Shown here piece by piece: positions 21,703-39,169 of a stretch of 64,000 bases of DNA. The translations under genes were made by a program, and so were the position numbers. The first letter of the stretch is position 1; each line of letters opens with the position of its first letter. The notes beneath the pieces were generated by a model, which ran no database searches, was not told where the DNA came from, and was given only the letters and a program-made list of their open reading frames with translations. Source of the stretch: Vicinamibacteria bacterium (lineage in GTDB: Bacteria > Acidobacteriota > Vicinamibacteria > Vicinamibacterales > JAENWD01); contig CAWCNI010000002.1 in the NCBI GenBank assembly GCA_963796915.1, positions 72,565 to 136,564 on the forward strand. Direction: 5' to 3'.

Positions 21703-22585
21703 GTGGCAGGAACGATCAGAAAAGCAGTCTTCCCAGCGGCCGGCCTCGGCACGCGGTTTCTTCCGGCGACCAAGGCGCAGCCGAAAGAGATGCTGCCCCT
21801 GGTCGACAAACCCATCATCCAGTACCGGCGTCGAGGAAGCCCTCGCCTCGGGCGTGGACAACATCCTGCTCGTCACGGGCCGCGGAAAGAACGCCATCGA
21901 GGATCACTTCGACGTCTCCGTCGAGCTCGAGACGTTCCTCGAGGCGCGCGGCAAGCACGAGATGCTCGCCGAGGTCCGCAAGATCTCGAACCTGATCAAC
22001 TTCGCATACGTGCGGCAGGGCGAACCGCTTGGACTCGGACACGCCGTGCTCGTCACCAGGCAACTGGTGGGTGACGAACCCTTCGCCGTGATCCTGAGCG
22101 ACGACGTGATCGACGCGGACCCGCCGGCGCTGCAGCAGATGATCGACGTGTTCGATCGCGTGCAGGGGCCGGTCCTCTGCGTGGAGCGCGTCCCTCGCGA
22201 CGAGATCTCGAGCTACGGGGTCATCGCCTACGAGCCGGATCCGTCAATGCCCGCTGGCACGTATCGCGTCACCGACCTGGTGGAGAAGCCGCCCAAGGCG
22301 GAAGCGCCTTCCGATCTCGCCATCATCGGTCGCTACATCCTGACGCCGGACATCTTCGCTGCGCTGGAGGAGACTGCCAAGGATCGCACCGGCGAGATCC
22401 AGCTCACCAACGGCCTCCGCCAGCTCCTCAAGTCGCGTCCCATCTATGCCTGCGAAGTGAAGGGCGTGCGCCACGACACCGGCAACAAGCTGGGGTTTCT
22501 CAAGGCCGTCACGTACTTCGCGCTGAGGCGTCCCGACCTGAAGGGCCCGTTTACCGACTACCTGAAGTCGATCCTGAACGATTGA
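21703..22585 (+). CDS. galU: UTP--glucose-1-phosphate uridylyltransferase; +1 frameshift at ~21825
   Basis: [26 protein letters not shown] joins QYGVEEA after removing one C; LGLGHAV, VEKP, GEIQLT. Confidence 0.93.
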
Positions 22586-22632
22586 CGACGCAACTGACGT
22601 TGCGCCCTGCAGAACCGCTGATTCCTCGGTAA

Positions 22633-22835
22633 GGCCGATCTAAAGATCGGCCCTACACCGGTAGGGATCGGGAACGGTATCGGTAGGGCCGATCTTAGAT
22701 CGGCCTGAAGGATCGGCCTGAATGGCCTACGGCTTGGCCGGGGTGCTGGACGTCGTCGACGAACTGGACGACGAGCTGCTGGGCGTGCTTGTAGGGATCG
22801 GAAAGGTATCGGTAGGGCCGATCTTTAGATCGGCC
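22633..22835. repeat. Three REP copies (22633-22656, 22683-22705, 22812-22835) including an inverted pair
   Basis: Same GTAGGGCCGATCT..AGATCGGCC hairpin as the 7 kb array. Confidence 0.88.
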
Positions 22836-22856
22836 AGAAGGATCGGCCTGAATGAC

Positions 22857-23288
22857 TTACGGCTTGGCCGGCGTGCTGGACGGCGGCGTCGAGGAACCCG
22901 ACGACGAGCTGCTGGGCGTGCTTGCCGTGCTCGATGACGAGGCGCTCGAGTCGGACGACGAGGAGTCGCTCTTGGAGGAGCTGTCCGACTTCGACGAGGA
23001 ATCCGACCCTTTGTCCGACCCCTTGGACTCCGACGAGCCCTTGCTCTGCTCGCCCTTCTCGCCCTTCTCGGCCTTTTCGCCCCTGTCCTTGCCCTTGTCC
23101 TGATCCTTGCGCGCGTAGTCGGTGATGTACCAGCCGGTGCCCTTGAACTGAAACGCGGGTGACGACTGGAGCTTGACCACGGGGCCCGAGCCGCACTTCT
23201 TGCAGACAGTGACCAGGCTGTCCGAGAACTTCTGGATCACCTCGAAGACTTCACCGCAGGCTTCGCACTGATATTCGTACAGCGGCAT
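22857..23288 (-). CDS. FmdB-family zinc-ribbon protein with Ser-rich tail
   Basis: MPLYEYQCEACG...CKKCG...FKGTGWYITDY. Confidence 0.92.
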   Translation of the reverse strand: MPLYEYQCEACGEVFEVIQKFSDSLVTVCKKCGSGPVVKLQSSPAFQFKGTGWYITDYARKDQDKGKDRGEKAEKGEKGEQSKGSSESKGSDKGSDSSSKSDSSSKSDSSSSDSSASSSSTASTPSSSSSGSSTPPSSTPAKP

Positions 23289-23295
23289 GGCTGGC

Positions 23296-24957
23296 TTACT
23301 CGAGCACGGCACCCGCCGTATCGCCCAGCATCAGGCGGCGGTGCAATCCGAACGGCGCGGCGCCCTGACGGAGAAGCGTGTCGTGGAAGGTGCGGAGCGA
23401 AAACTTGTCGCCCTCCTTGGCCTCGACGTCCCGCCGCAGCTTCTGAAGCATCAGCTTGCCGACGGAGTACACGAGGTAAGTCGGATCGAACGTCCCGCGC
23501 TCGGCCTCGCGGCGCGCGTTCGCCTCTTCGAGGAACGCGCGTTCGCGGAACAGGCGCACGCCCTGCTCGACTGAGAGGTCCTCGGTGTGCAGGCGAATCG
23601 ACACGACGAAACGCACCAGCCGCACCAGCGCTTCCTGAAGCTGTCCGAGGCGGATGTGCGGGTCCTTCTTCCCGAAACCAGCGTCCACCATCATCTGCTC
23701 GCAGTAGTGCGCCCAGCCTTCCACGTACGTCGCCGGCGCAAAGAAGATGGACTTGCGGACCTTCGACTCCACCTGGCGCAGGTGCTGGTACTGGACGAAG
23801 TGGCCGGGGCAGACTTCGTGGATCGAAATGCACCACAGGGTGCCGAAGTTGAAGTCGCGCAGGTGCTCGGTCTGCCGCTCGGGCGTCCAGCCGCGCTCGA
23901 CGTCTGTGAGGTAGTAGTAGGCGCGCGTCGGCTTCGATTCAAACGGGCCGGGCGTCCACATGCTCGCGCTCGACCAGCGAAAGAAATCCGGTGTCGCCGC
24001 GACCACGACCGGCTCGCTTGCCGGCAGCGTGAGCAGCTGGTGCTTCTCGACAAACGCCTGCAGCTCCGCCAGTTGCTGCTGCGCGGCCGGAATCAGGCCG
24101 CCCGGTGCCGGATGCTTCGCCTTCGCCTTCGCCCAGGCCTCGGCAGGGTCGCCGCCGCCGTTCAGCTTCGACGCGGCGGCACGGAACGCCTCCTCGGTTG
24201 CCGCCAGTTCGCGCTCGGCGATGGCGAGCAACTTGTCGACGCTCAGGCCGAGGCCCTCGTCGAGCCGCAGCTTCTGCTCGAACTTGTCCCGGCCGAGCCG
24301 GAACGTCGCCTTGGCCTTAGGTGCGGCTTCGCTTTCCAGGTGCTCGACGTAACCGCGGATCGAGGTGGCGGCCTCCGTCGACGCGTCGGCGAGATCGCCG
24401 AGCAGGTGCAGGTCGTCGACTTCGCGGAACGCGCGCGGCAGGTCGTGCTCGATGAAGCGCAGCGCGCCGTTGAAGGTCTCGACGCCCACCTTGACGAAGA
24501 TGCCGGGGGCGTCCTTGATGTTGGTGCGGGCGGCCTGGATCAGGCGCGGCACCTGGCGCAGCTTGCTCAGGACGCGCCGGGCCCGCTCGGGCGCCGGGGC
24601 GAAGGTGAACAGCGCCTGGGTGGCCAGACTGGACGCAATCGTGTCCGCGTACAGGTGGGGGTTCCGCTCCCAGGTCCGGACCTCCTCGAGCTCGAACATC
24701 CGCGACCGGATGTGGTCGGCGAGCACCGGCTGCTCGGCCCGTTCGACCTCGGTCAGGCCGGAGGGGTCGATTTCGGCCAGCCGGCGCGAAAAGCCGGCCA
24801 GGGCGCGGAGATCGGCGTCGATAGCCGGGCGGCCGAGGTCCTCGAGCAGGTCGTCATGCGCGTGGACGCCGTCCAGAGCGGCGATTGTGGGCCGCGTCTC
24901 CTGCAGGTATCGCAGGTAGTCATCGACGAAGTGGGGTAATGGCTCGGAGGAATACAT
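23296..24957 (-). CDS. DUF885-family protein
   Basis: HEVCPGHFVQ, YVEGWAHYCEQMM, YLVYSVGK motifs. Confidence 0.85.
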   Translation of the reverse strand: MYSSEPLPHFVDDYLRYLQETRPTIAALDGVHAHDDLLEDLGRPAIDADLRALAGFSRRLAEIDPSGLTEVERAEQPVLADHIRSRMFELEEVRTWERNPHLYADTIASSLATQALFTFAPAPERARRVLSKLRQVPRLIQAARTNIKDAPGIFVKVGVETFNGALRFIEHDLPRAFREVDDLHLLGDLADASTEAATSIRGYVEHLESEAAPKAKATFRLGRDKFEQKLRLDEGLGLSVDKLLAIAERELAATEEAFRAAASKLNGGGDPAEAWAKAKAKHPAPGGLIPAAQQQLAELQAFVEKHQLLTLPASEPVVVAATPDFFRWSSASMWTPGPFESKPTRAYYYLTDVERGWTPERQTEHLRDFNFGTLWCISIHEVCPGHFVQYQHLRQVESKVRKSIFFAPATYVEGWAHYCEQMMVDAGFGKKDPHIRLGQLQEALVRLVRFVVSIRLHTEDLSVEQGVRLFRERAFLEEANARREAERGTFDPTYLVYSVGKLMLQKLRRDVEAKEGDKFSLRTFHDTLLRQGAAPFGLHRRLMLGDTAGAVLE

Positions 24958-25002
24958 GGCCGCAAAAGTCGCAATGGTACAATACTTGGCGACCCTCCCA
25001 CC

Positions 25003-25860
25003 ATGCCCGGCACGCTGGTCCTGGTCCCAACGCCCATCGGCAACCTCGACGACATCACGCTCCGGGCGCTGCGAGTGCTGCGGGAGGCCGACGTGATTGC
25101 CGCCGAAGACACGAGGCGTACCGCCAAGTTGCTCACGCACTTCGGGATCACCACGTCTACGCTGAGCCTCCACGACCACAACGAGCGCCACAGGATTCCG
25201 GGCCTGGTCAAGCGAATCGGCGCCGGCCAGACCGTGGCGGTGGTGACAGACGCGGGGACGCCGACAGTTTCCGACCCGGGTTTCGCGTTGGTACGGGCTA
25301 CGCTTGATGCCGGCCTGCGGGTGGAGGCACTTCCTGGGGCATCAGCCCTAACCGTTGCCCTTGCGGGCTCCGGGCTGCCAGCGGAAATGGCGACATTCGT
25401 TGGGTTTCCGCCATCCAGGACCGGCGCGCGCGCCCGGTGGCTCGGCGCGCTCAAGGAGATTCCCGGCACTTTGGTTCTCTTCGAGGCTCCGCAGCGCCTC
25501 CGAGCGACGCTCCAGGCGATCCGCAACGAGTTGGGGAATCGCCCGGCAGTCGTGGCCCACGAACTGACCAAGGTCCACGAGTCCTGGCATCGCGGCCCGG
25601 TGGGGACTCTCGCCACCGACCCGACGCTGCCGGAAAAAGGCGAATTTACGCTGGTTCTTGGCCCATCGTCTGAGAGCAGCGACGGTGCTGGCGCCATACA
25701 CGCGGCAATGCCAGCCGAGATAGGCGTCGAGTTTGGTCAAATGATAGAAACGGCCGATCTCAGTCGTCGCGAAGTCATCGCGGAGCTCGCCAGGAGACAT
25801 CGGCTTCCCAAGAAGCAGATCTACGCCATGGTCGAAGCCGCTAAGAATTCTGGCAAATAA
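25003..25860 (+). CDS. rsmI: 16S rRNA C1402 2'-O-methyltransferase
   Basis: PTPIGNLDDIT, AAEDTR, TDAGTPTVSDPG, ELTKVHE, KGEF. Confidence 0.95.
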   Translation: MPGTLVLVPTPIGNLDDITLRALRVLREADVIAAEDTRRTAKLLTHFGITTSTLSLHDHNERHRIPGLVKRIGAGQTVAVVTDAGTPTVSDPGFALVRATLDAGLRVEALPGASALTVALAGSGLPAEMATFVGFPPSRTGARARWLGALKEIPGTLVLFEAPQRLRATLQAIRNELGNRPAVVAHELTKVHESWHRGPVGTLATDPTLPEKGEFTLVLGPSSESSDGAGAIHAAMPAEIGVEFGQMIETADLSRREVIAELARRHRLPKKQIYAMVEAAKNSGK

Positions 25861-25870
25861 CCTAACCATC

Positions 25871-27247
25871 ATGGCCGACGTCCACATCGTCATTCTGGCG
25901 GCAGGCAAGGGCACCAGGATGAAGTCCTCGCTCCCGAAGGTGCTGCATGGCATCGGCGGGCGCGCGCTGCTCGACTACGTGCTGGCCACGGCAGCGTCGC
26001 TGCGGCCAAAGACCATCACGGTAGTCGTCGGCCACCAGGCGGACATCGTCCGCGACGCCTACGCCAGCCAACCCGGAATCGCGTTCGTGGTTCAGGAGCC
26101 GCAGCTCGGGACGGGACACGCAGTCCTCCAGGCCGAAGGCGTCCTGAAAGGGGCCGCCGGGACCCTGGTCCTGCTCTCCGGGGACGTGCCGTTGCTGTCG
26201 CCGGCCACTTTGCGCGCGCTGCTGGACCGGCACCAGGCCGACCGCGCCGCCGCCACCGTGGTGACAGCCACGCTCGACCGCCCGTTCGGATACGGGCGAA
26301 TCGTGCGGAACGGCGACGTCATCGCGAAGATCGTCGAGGAGCGCGACGCGTCGGAGTCGGAACGCGCCATCAGGGAAGTCAACTCCGGCATCTATGCCTT
26401 CGACCTGGCGGTCCTGTTCGACGCCATCCGCGCCATCGGCGCCCACAACTCGCAGGGCGAGTACTACCTGCCCGATCTCGTCGGCATCTACCGGCGTCGA
26501 GGTCTCGGCGTGTCGACAGTCAGTGTCGAAAACCCCAACGAGATTCGCGGAATCAACAGCCGGAGCGAACTGGCGGAGGTGGCAGCGATCGTGCGACAGA
26601 CCAAGAACGCGGAACTGATGGCCGCCGGCGTGACCCTGGTGGACCCCTCGACCACTTACATCTCGAACGACGTCGTCGTCGGCGCCGACACCGTGATCCA
26701 TCCCAACGTGTACCTCGAAGGCCGCACTGTGGTTGGCCAGGGCTGCGAGCTACACGCCGGCGTGCGCATCGTCGACTCCACGCTGGGGGATCGCGTCACC
26801 ATCCGCAATTACTGCGTGATTGCCGAGTCCACTATTGCCGCCGGCGCGTTCCTCGGACCGTTCGCGCACCTCCGGCCGGCCAGCCACGTCGGCGAGGACG
26901 CCCACGTCGGCAACTTCGTCGAGCTGAAGAAATCGACGCTCGGCCCCGGGTCGAAGGCGAGCCACCTGACGTACCTCGGCGACGCCACCATCGGCGCCAA
27001 CGTCAACATCGGCGCCGGTACGATCACCTGCAACTACGACGGGCGCACCAAGCACCAGACTGTCATCGAAGACGGCGCCTTCATCGGCAGCGACTCCGCA
27101 CTCGTGGCGCCTGTCACCGTCGGCGCCGGGGCTTACGTGGCCGCCGGATCCACCATCGTCGAAGACGTCCCGGCGGGAGCGCTGGGCATCGCCAGGGGCA
27201 AACAGGTGAACAAAGAAGGCTGGGTGGGCAGAAGGAAGAAAGCGTAG
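25871..27247 (+). CDS. glmU: Bifunctional UDP-GlcNAc pyrophosphorylase/acetyltransferase
   Basis: ILAAGKGTRMKS, QLGTGHA, GNFVELK, GAGTITCNYDG. Confidence 0.97.
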   Translation: MADVHIVILAAGKGTRMKSSLPKVLHGIGGRALLDYVLATAASLRPKTITVVVGHQADIVRDAYASQPGIAFVVQEPQLGTGHAVLQAEGVLKGAAGTLVLLSGDVPLLSPATLRALLDRHQADRAAATVVTATLDRPFGYGRIVRNGDVIAKIVEERDASESERAIREVNSGIYAFDLAVLFDAIRAIGAHNSQGEYYLPDLVGIYRRRGLGVSTVSVENPNEIRGINSRSELAEVAAIVRQTKNAELMAAGVTLVDPSTTYISNDVVVGADTVIHPNVYLEGRTVVGQGCELHAGVRIVDSTLGDRVTIRNYCVIAESTIAAGAFLGPFAHLRPASHVGEDAHVGNFVELKKSTLGPGSKASHLTYLGDATIGANVNIGAGTITCNYDGRTKHQTVIEDGAFIGSDSALVAPVTVGAGAYVAAGSTIVEDVPAGALGIARGKQVNKEGWVGRRKKA

Positions 27248-27315
27248 GTGCTGAAGTGCGGCAGTGCAGCGGTGCGGCAGTGCGGTGCTGAGGTGCCAGG
27301 TGCCGTAGTGCTGAA
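27248..27315 (+). repeat. Degenerate ~8-mer tandem repeat (GTGCNNNN)
   Basis: GTGCTGAA GTGCGGCA GTGCAGCG GTGCGGCA ... GTGCCGTA GTGCTGAA. Confidence 0.65.
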
Positions 27316-27358
27316 GAGTGAGGAAGCGTTCTTCTCCAGAAAAAGGCAACCCTGAAAA

Positions 27359-29203
27359 ATGTGCGGCATCATCGGCTATATCGGCCCACGGCCCGTCGTC
27401 CCCATCCTCGTCGAGGGGCTGCGCCGGCTGGAATATCGCGGCTACGATTCGGCGGGCATCGCCGTGGTCGAAGACGGCCACGTCAATATCCGTCGCAGCG
27501 CGGGGAAGCTGGCCCGGCTCGAGCAGGTGCTGGCGACCGATCCGGTGAGCGGCGAATACGGCCTCGGACACACGCGCTGGGCGACGCACGGTCGGCCGAC
27601 CGAAGAGAACGCGCACCCGCACCGGGACTGCACGGGCCGGCTGGTCGTCGTGCACAACGGCATCATCGAAAATTACCTGCAGCTCAAACGCGAGCTGGAG
27701 CAGCAGGGCCACACGTTCGTCACCGAGACCGACACCGAGATCGTCGCGCACCTTGTCGAGCGCGAGATGCGCGACGACGGTCTGGCCGCAGCAGTGCGCC
27801 GGGCGCTCGCCCAGATGCGCGGGCTGTTTGCCATCGTCCTTCTGTCGGCGGACGACCCCGACACGCTGGTCGCCGCGCGCAACGGCCCGCCGGTCGTGGT
27901 CGGGATTGGCGAGGACGAATACTTTGTCGCCTCGGACATCCCCGCCATCCTCGCACACACCCGCAACGTCGTCTTTCTCGAGGACGGCGAGATCGCGGTC
28001 GTGAAGCCTGACGGCGTCACGTTCACCGACGCCGCCGGCGTGCCGCACCCGCGCACGCCGCAGCGCGTGCTGTGGGACCCGGTGATGGCCGAACGCGCCG
28101 GCTTCAAGCACTTCATGCTGAAGGAGATCTTCGAGCAGCCACGGGCGGCGGGGGAGACGCTGGTCGGACGCACATCGCCTGACCGCGGCGTGGTCACGCT
28201 CGACGAGCTCGGGCTCGACGCCGACGCGCTGCGCAAGGTGGACCGGCTGCTGATCCTGGCGTGCGGCACCAGCTGGCACGCCGGCCTGGTCGGCAAATTC
28301 CTGATCGAGGAGATCGCCAGGCTGCCCGTCGAAGTGGACTACGGGTCGGAATATCGCTACCGCGACCCGATTGTGGACGCCAACACGCTGGCCGTCGTGA
28401 TCACGCAGTCCGGCGAAACCGCCGACACGCTGGCCGCCTTGCGGGAAGCCAAGCGCAAAGGCGCCCGCAGCGTCGCCGTCTGCAACGTCGTCGGCAGCAT
28501 GGCCACACGCGAGGCCGACGGGACGATCTACACGCACGCCGGTCCGGAGATCGGCGTGGCCTCGACAAAGGCGTTCACCTGCCAGCTGGTCGCGCTCTAC
28601 CTGCTCGCGCTGCACCTGGCTCAGGTCCGTGACACGCTGACCCCGGAGGCCGCCGCCGAGCACTTCGCGGCGCTGGCGCACCTCCCGCTGCTGCTCGAGC
28701 AGACGTTGAAACTGGCGCCGGCAGTAGAGGAGATGGCCGCCCGCTTCTACACCCGCCGCGACTTTCTCTATCTCGGTCGGGGTATTCACTACCCGATCGC
28801 GCTCGAAGGCGCCCTGAAGTTGAAAGAAATTTCGTACATCCACGCCGAGGGTTACCCGGCCGGCGAGATGAAGCACGGGCCGATCGCCCTCATCGACGAG
28901 CTGATGCCGGTGGTGGCGATCGCCCCGCACGACGCCGTCTTCGAGAAGATGCTGGGCAACATCCAGGAAGCGAAGGCACGCGGCGGATCGGTGATCGTGA
29001 TTACCAACGAGGGTGCGGACGATCTCGACCGTCTGCTCGATCCCGCCCATGATGCGATCCTGCGGCTTCCGCCGGCTCCCGGGCTCACCATGCCGATTGC
29101 CGCCGTGATGCCGTTGCAGTTGCTCGCCTATCACATCGCGGTGCGCCGCGGGTGCGACGTCGATCAGCCGCGCAATCTCGCCAAGAGTGTTACTGTCGAA
29201 TAG
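27359..29203 (+). CDS. glmS: Glutamine--fructose-6-phosphate aminotransferase
   Basis: [29 protein letters not shown]. Confidence 0.98.
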   Translation: MCGIIGYIGPRPVVPILVEGLRRLEYRGYDSAGIAVVEDGHVNIRRSAGKLARLEQVLATDPVSGEYGLGHTRWATHGRPTEENAHPHRDCTGRLVVVHNGIIENYLQLKRELEQQGHTFVTETDTEIVAHLVEREMRDDGLAAAVRRALAQMRGLFAIVLLSADDPDTLVAARNGPPVVVGIGEDEYFVASDIPAILAHTRNVVFLEDGEIAVVKPDGVTFTDAAGVPHPRTPQRVLWDPVMAERAGFKHFMLKEIFEQPRAAGETLVGRTSPDRGVVTLDELGLDADALRKVDRLLILACGTSWHAGLVGKFLIEEIARLPVEVDYGSEYRYRDPIVDANTLAVVITQSGETADTLAALREAKRKGARSVAVCNVVGSMATREADGTIYTHAGPEIGVASTKAFTCQLVALYLLALHLAQVRDTLTPEAAAEHFAALAHLPLLLEQTLKLAPAVEEMAARFYTRRDFLYLGRGIHYPIALEGALKLKEISYIHAEGYPAGEMKHGPIALIDELMPVVAIAPHDAVFEKMLGNIQEAKARGGSVIVITNEGADDLDRLLDPAHDAILRLPPAPGLTMPIAAVMPLQLLAYHIAVRRGCDVDQPRNLAKSVTVE

Positions 29204-29292
29204 CAGACGCTGCGGTGGGCGGCCGGCAGTTGGCAGCTGGCTGAACCCGCCAACGGCCTGCTGTCTGCTGCCCGCTGCCCGCTGCTTTTGAC

Positions 29293-31543
29293 ATGGACTT
29301 CACTTCAGGACTCAATCCCGAGCAGCGCGAGGCCGTGCTGCACACCGACGGCGCGGTGCTCATTCTGGCCGGCGCCGGATCCGGGAAGACGCGCGTCATC
29401 GCGCATCGCATCGCCCACATCGTCTCGACCGGCCTCGCGCCTGGCGACGGCGTGCTCGCCGTCACGTTCACCAACAAGGCCGCCGAAGAGATGCGCGCCA
29501 GGGTCTCGGCGCTTCTGAAGTCCGATTGCTCGAAGATGTGGATCTCGACGTTCCACTCCCTGTGCGCGCGCCTGCTTCGCCGGGAGGCGCCGGCGATTGG
29601 CCTCTCGCGGGATTTCGTCATCTACGATTCCTCCGATCAGCTGACTGTCGTCAAGCAGGCGATGAAGTCGCTGAACATCGACGACTCGTTCGTTCAGCCG
29701 CGCGCGGCGCTCTCGCGGATCAGCCAGGCCAAAAACACCATGCAGGGCCCGGAGACGTTTGACGGCGGCTGGAACCCTCGCGACAAGCAGATCGGAAAGA
29801 TCTACGCCTACTACCTCGATGCGCTGAAGGAGAGCCACGCGCTCGACTTCGACGACCTCCTGCTCAAGACCCTGGAGCTGGTCGAGAAGTCCGAATCGGT
29901 GCGCGGCCGCTATGCCCGGCAGTTCCGCTACGTGATGGTCGACGAGTACCAGGACACCAACCGGCCGCAGTACCTGCTGGTGAAGCGTTTCGCCGAGCAC
30001 CACCGCAACATCTGCGTCGTCGGCGATCCCGATCAGTCGATCTACAAGTGGCGCGGCGCCGATCTGCGCAACATCCTCGACTTCGAGCACGACTTCCCCG
30101 AGACCTTCACCGTTCGGCTCGAGCGGAATTACCGGTCTACGCAGATCATCCTGGACGCGGCGTCAGCGGTCATCAGCCAGAACAGGAACCGCAAGGAGAA
30201 GCGTCTCTGGACCGACAAGGAGGGCGGCGCCAGGATTCTCAGCTTCCGGGCTGCCGACGAGCTCGACGAGGCCGATTTCATCATGCGCACGACACGTCGC
30301 GCGCTGTCGGAAGACCGCGAGACTGTGGCCGCCGTGCTCTATCGCATGAACTCGCAGTCGCGCGCCGTCGAGGACGCGCTGATGCGGGAGGGCATCGGCT
30401 ACCGCATTGTCGGCGGCGTCCGTTTCTACGAGCGCAAGGAAATCAAGGACACGCTCGCGTACCTCAAGCTGCTCATCAACCCTTACGACGACGTCAGCCT
30501 GCGCCGCGTGATCAACGTGCCGGCGCGCGGCATCGGCAAGGGCGTGATGGACAGCCTCGACACGCTTGGTCCTCCGGCCGACCTGCCGCCGCTGCTCGCC
30601 GTGGGTCTGGAACCTGTCGTGGCCTCGGGCTCGCTCTGGGTCCGCATCGAACGCGCGGTTGCGGACAGATCTCTCGCGGCGCGGGCGACTACTGCGTTGA
30701 CGACCTTCCGCGACCTGATCGTCGCGCTCACCGACATCGCGCGGCAGGATCCCGTCTCGATTACTGTCGGCAAGGTGATCGACCGCTCCGGCTACCTCCA
30801 GGATCTCCGCGAAGACAGGAGCGAGGAAGCTGAGGCGCGCATCCAGAACCTGATGGAGCTCGTGTCGGCTGCGCGCGAGTACGAGGCGCGCGATCCGGAG
30901 CCGTCGCTCGGCGGCTTCGTCGATCAGTTGTCGCTGTTGTCGGAAGCCGACGAGGAGAACGGATCGCGGGAGGCTCGCGTCTGGTTGATGACGATGCACG
31001 CCGCCAAGGGCCTGGAGTTCCCGGTGGTCTTCATCGCCGGGCTCGAGGAGGGTCTCTTCCCGCACGCGCGATCGAGAGATGACGAGGCGGAGCTCGAGGA
31101 GGAACGCCGGCTCTGCTACGTCGGCATGACGCGGGCACGCGAGCGACTGATCCTCACGAGCGCATCCCGACGGCGGGTCTTCGGCGAGTATCAGTCCACG
31201 TCGCCGTCGCGCTTTCTCGACGAGGTGCCGTCGGAGCTGATGGAGCCGGTGGCCGTGAGCGCGTCCTCGGTACTCGCGTACGCCGTCGTACGACATCCGC
31301 GCCAACCCGTACGGGCGAAGGCCCCCGCGCGTTCACGAGCCGTCGGCGCCCTACTCCTACGAGGACGAGGACCAGTCCGCGTCGGGCGATGTCCGCCCCG
31401 GCGCCCGCGTCCGCCACGCGCAGTTTGGTCTGGGGACCGTGATCAGCGTCGAGCCGCTCGACGGCGACGCCAAGATCGTCGTGCGGTTCGCGATCGGGCA
31501 GAAGACACTACGCGCAAAATACGCCCGTCTTCAGCCAGCCTGA
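29293..31543 (+). CDS. pcrA: UvrD/PcrA helicase; +1 frameshift at ~31270 before the C-terminal Tudor-like domain
   Basis: AGAGSGKT, DEYQD, GDPDQSIY, TMHAAKGLEF, EERRLCYVGMTRA; removing one G gives ...VRPGARVRHAQFGLGTV...LRAKYARLQPA stop at 31543. Confidence 0.92.
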
Positions 31544-31561
31544 GTCAGCGTCAGCCCTTCG

Positions 31562-31927
31562 CTATTTGAGCCAGAAGGTCACCGGCGCGGAGGCGTTGGC
31601 CTCTTCGCCGTTCTCGTCGACGCGCGCCACGCGCCACTGGTAGCGCACGCCGGGGCGCAGCAGCGCCCGCAGCGACTCTGGCGCTGTCTTGCTGGTGCCG
31701 CGCACTTCGAGGCTGGCGACGGGGCGCTCCGCGTCGTCCATGACGTGCAGCCGTACCACGGCGTCGGACGAAGCGCCCGACCAGCGGAATTCGATCGGCC
31801 AGTCGACGGCGTCCGCCGGCTGTTCGGCCCGGAGTGGCGCCGTCGCGGCTGCCTGGCGTGGGCCCGCACCGCATGCGGCGGTCGTGATGGCGAGCGCCGC
31901 CAGCGCTACGGCCGCGAGCCGCTTCAC
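31562..31927 (-). CDS. Putative lipoprotein, small beta-sandwich
   Basis: Lipobox-like TAAC; YQWRVARVD. Confidence 0.7.
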   Translation of the reverse strand: MKRLAAVALAALAITTAACGAGPRQAAATAPLRAEQPADAVDWPIEFRWSGASSDAVVRLHVMDDAERPVASLEVRGTSKTAPESLRALLRPGVRYQWRVARVDENGEEANASAPVTFWLK

Positions 31928-32634
31928 GCCGGGCCGATTGACGAGATGATCCAGCGGCCGGCGACATCCTTGCCGCTCTCGTCCTTGATCTTCGCGCGCT
32001 GCAGGACGGCCTTCAGGTTCTTCGTCACGCTCTGGCCATCAGGCTGCTTGACGTTTGCCGTCAGCAACACGTCCTTCGTGACCATCTCGCCGTCGTACTT
32101 CGTGGCGTCGACAGTCGCGCCGTTGGGCCGGGAAAGACTCAGCTCGGCGATGCCGCGCGCATCGCTCAACTGCTTCATCGCGTCGGACATGGCCTTGCGA
32201 TGGGTGGCGGTGTCGGCCACCCACTTGTCCCACTCGCCCTTGAGCGGCTGGTCCTTGGCGGGAATCGGCTTGCCGGCGCCGTCGAGCGCCATGATGCGGT
32301 TGATGGCGGCCTGGTTGGCGCCCTGGAATTCCCGGCGCTTCGCCGTGAAGTCCGCGTCTTCGGCACGCTTGTCCTCGACAGCCTTCGCGTAGGTCTTGAG
32401 CGGCAACGGCACGGACCGCTCCGGGCTGACGCTGGTCACATCGAAGCTTTCGACGATGCCGTCGGTCCGCGGGTTGAAGGACGCCGCCGCGAAATTGCCC
32501 AGCGTGACGTCGTCTTTGAGACGAGCCGCGCGGAAGAAGTCGGCGAGAAGCTTCTTCTCGGAGGACCCGGAGCAACCGATGCCCAGCACCAGGGTCGCTG
32601 CAACAAGCGCGTACACCGTCGTACGACGATGCAT
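31924..32634 (-). CDS. Putative lipoprotein with coiled-coil insertion
   Basis: Lipobox-like GIGC; GAGGAG RBS; downstream of gyrA. Confidence 0.78.
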   Translation of the reverse strand: MHRRTTVYALVAATLVLGIGCSGSSEKKLLADFFRAARLKDDVTLGNFAAASFNPRTDGIVESFDVTSVSPERSVPLPLKTYAKAVEDKRAEDADFTAKRREFQGANQAAINRIMALDGAGKPIPAKDQPLKGEWDKWVADTATHRKAMSDAMKQLSDARGIAELSLSRPNGATVDATKYDGEMVTKDVLLTANVKQPDGQSVTKNLKAVLQRAKIKDESGKDVAGRWIISSIGPA

Positions 32635-32662
32635 ATCTGCCTCCTCGCTCAGCTGACGTGAG

Positions 32663-35221
<2,559 letters not shown>

Positions 35222-35227
35222 AAATCT

Positions 35228-35342
35228 GACTACGGGCTCCGGGCTCCAGGAAACGGGCTACGGGCTACGGGCTACGGGCTACGAAACTACGGGCTCACGA
35301 CGGCGTGAAGCGAGACAAGACCGGAGCCCGGAGTCCGGAGCC
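35228..35342. repeat. GGCTACG/GGCTCCG heptamer tandem repeat with opposing CCGGAGC arm
   Basis: (GGGCTAC)4 run at ~35256-35283 between gyrB and gyrA. Confidence 0.75.
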
Positions 35343-35352
35343 GACGCCTGCG

Positions 35353-39103
<3,751 letters not shown>

Positions 39104-39169
39104 GTGGCGGTGACCTCGAGCTGGTTGGTGGCTGCTTCCGGAGGCTTGTACCAACACCAAACGGAGAGC

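Noticed and set aside
22722..23103. Two similar plus-strand ORFs starting MAYGLAGVLD/MTYGLAGVLD
   Set aside because: Antisense reading of the duplicated FmdB tail
27248..27358. glmS ribozyme upstream of glmS
   Set aside because: Only a GTGC-based microsatellite; the conserved ribozyme core is not recognisable
21703..31543. galU and pcrA as true pseudogenes or programmed frameshifts
   Set aside because: Single indels at GTAC with no other decay and no slippery heptamer; a sequencing artefact is more parsimonious
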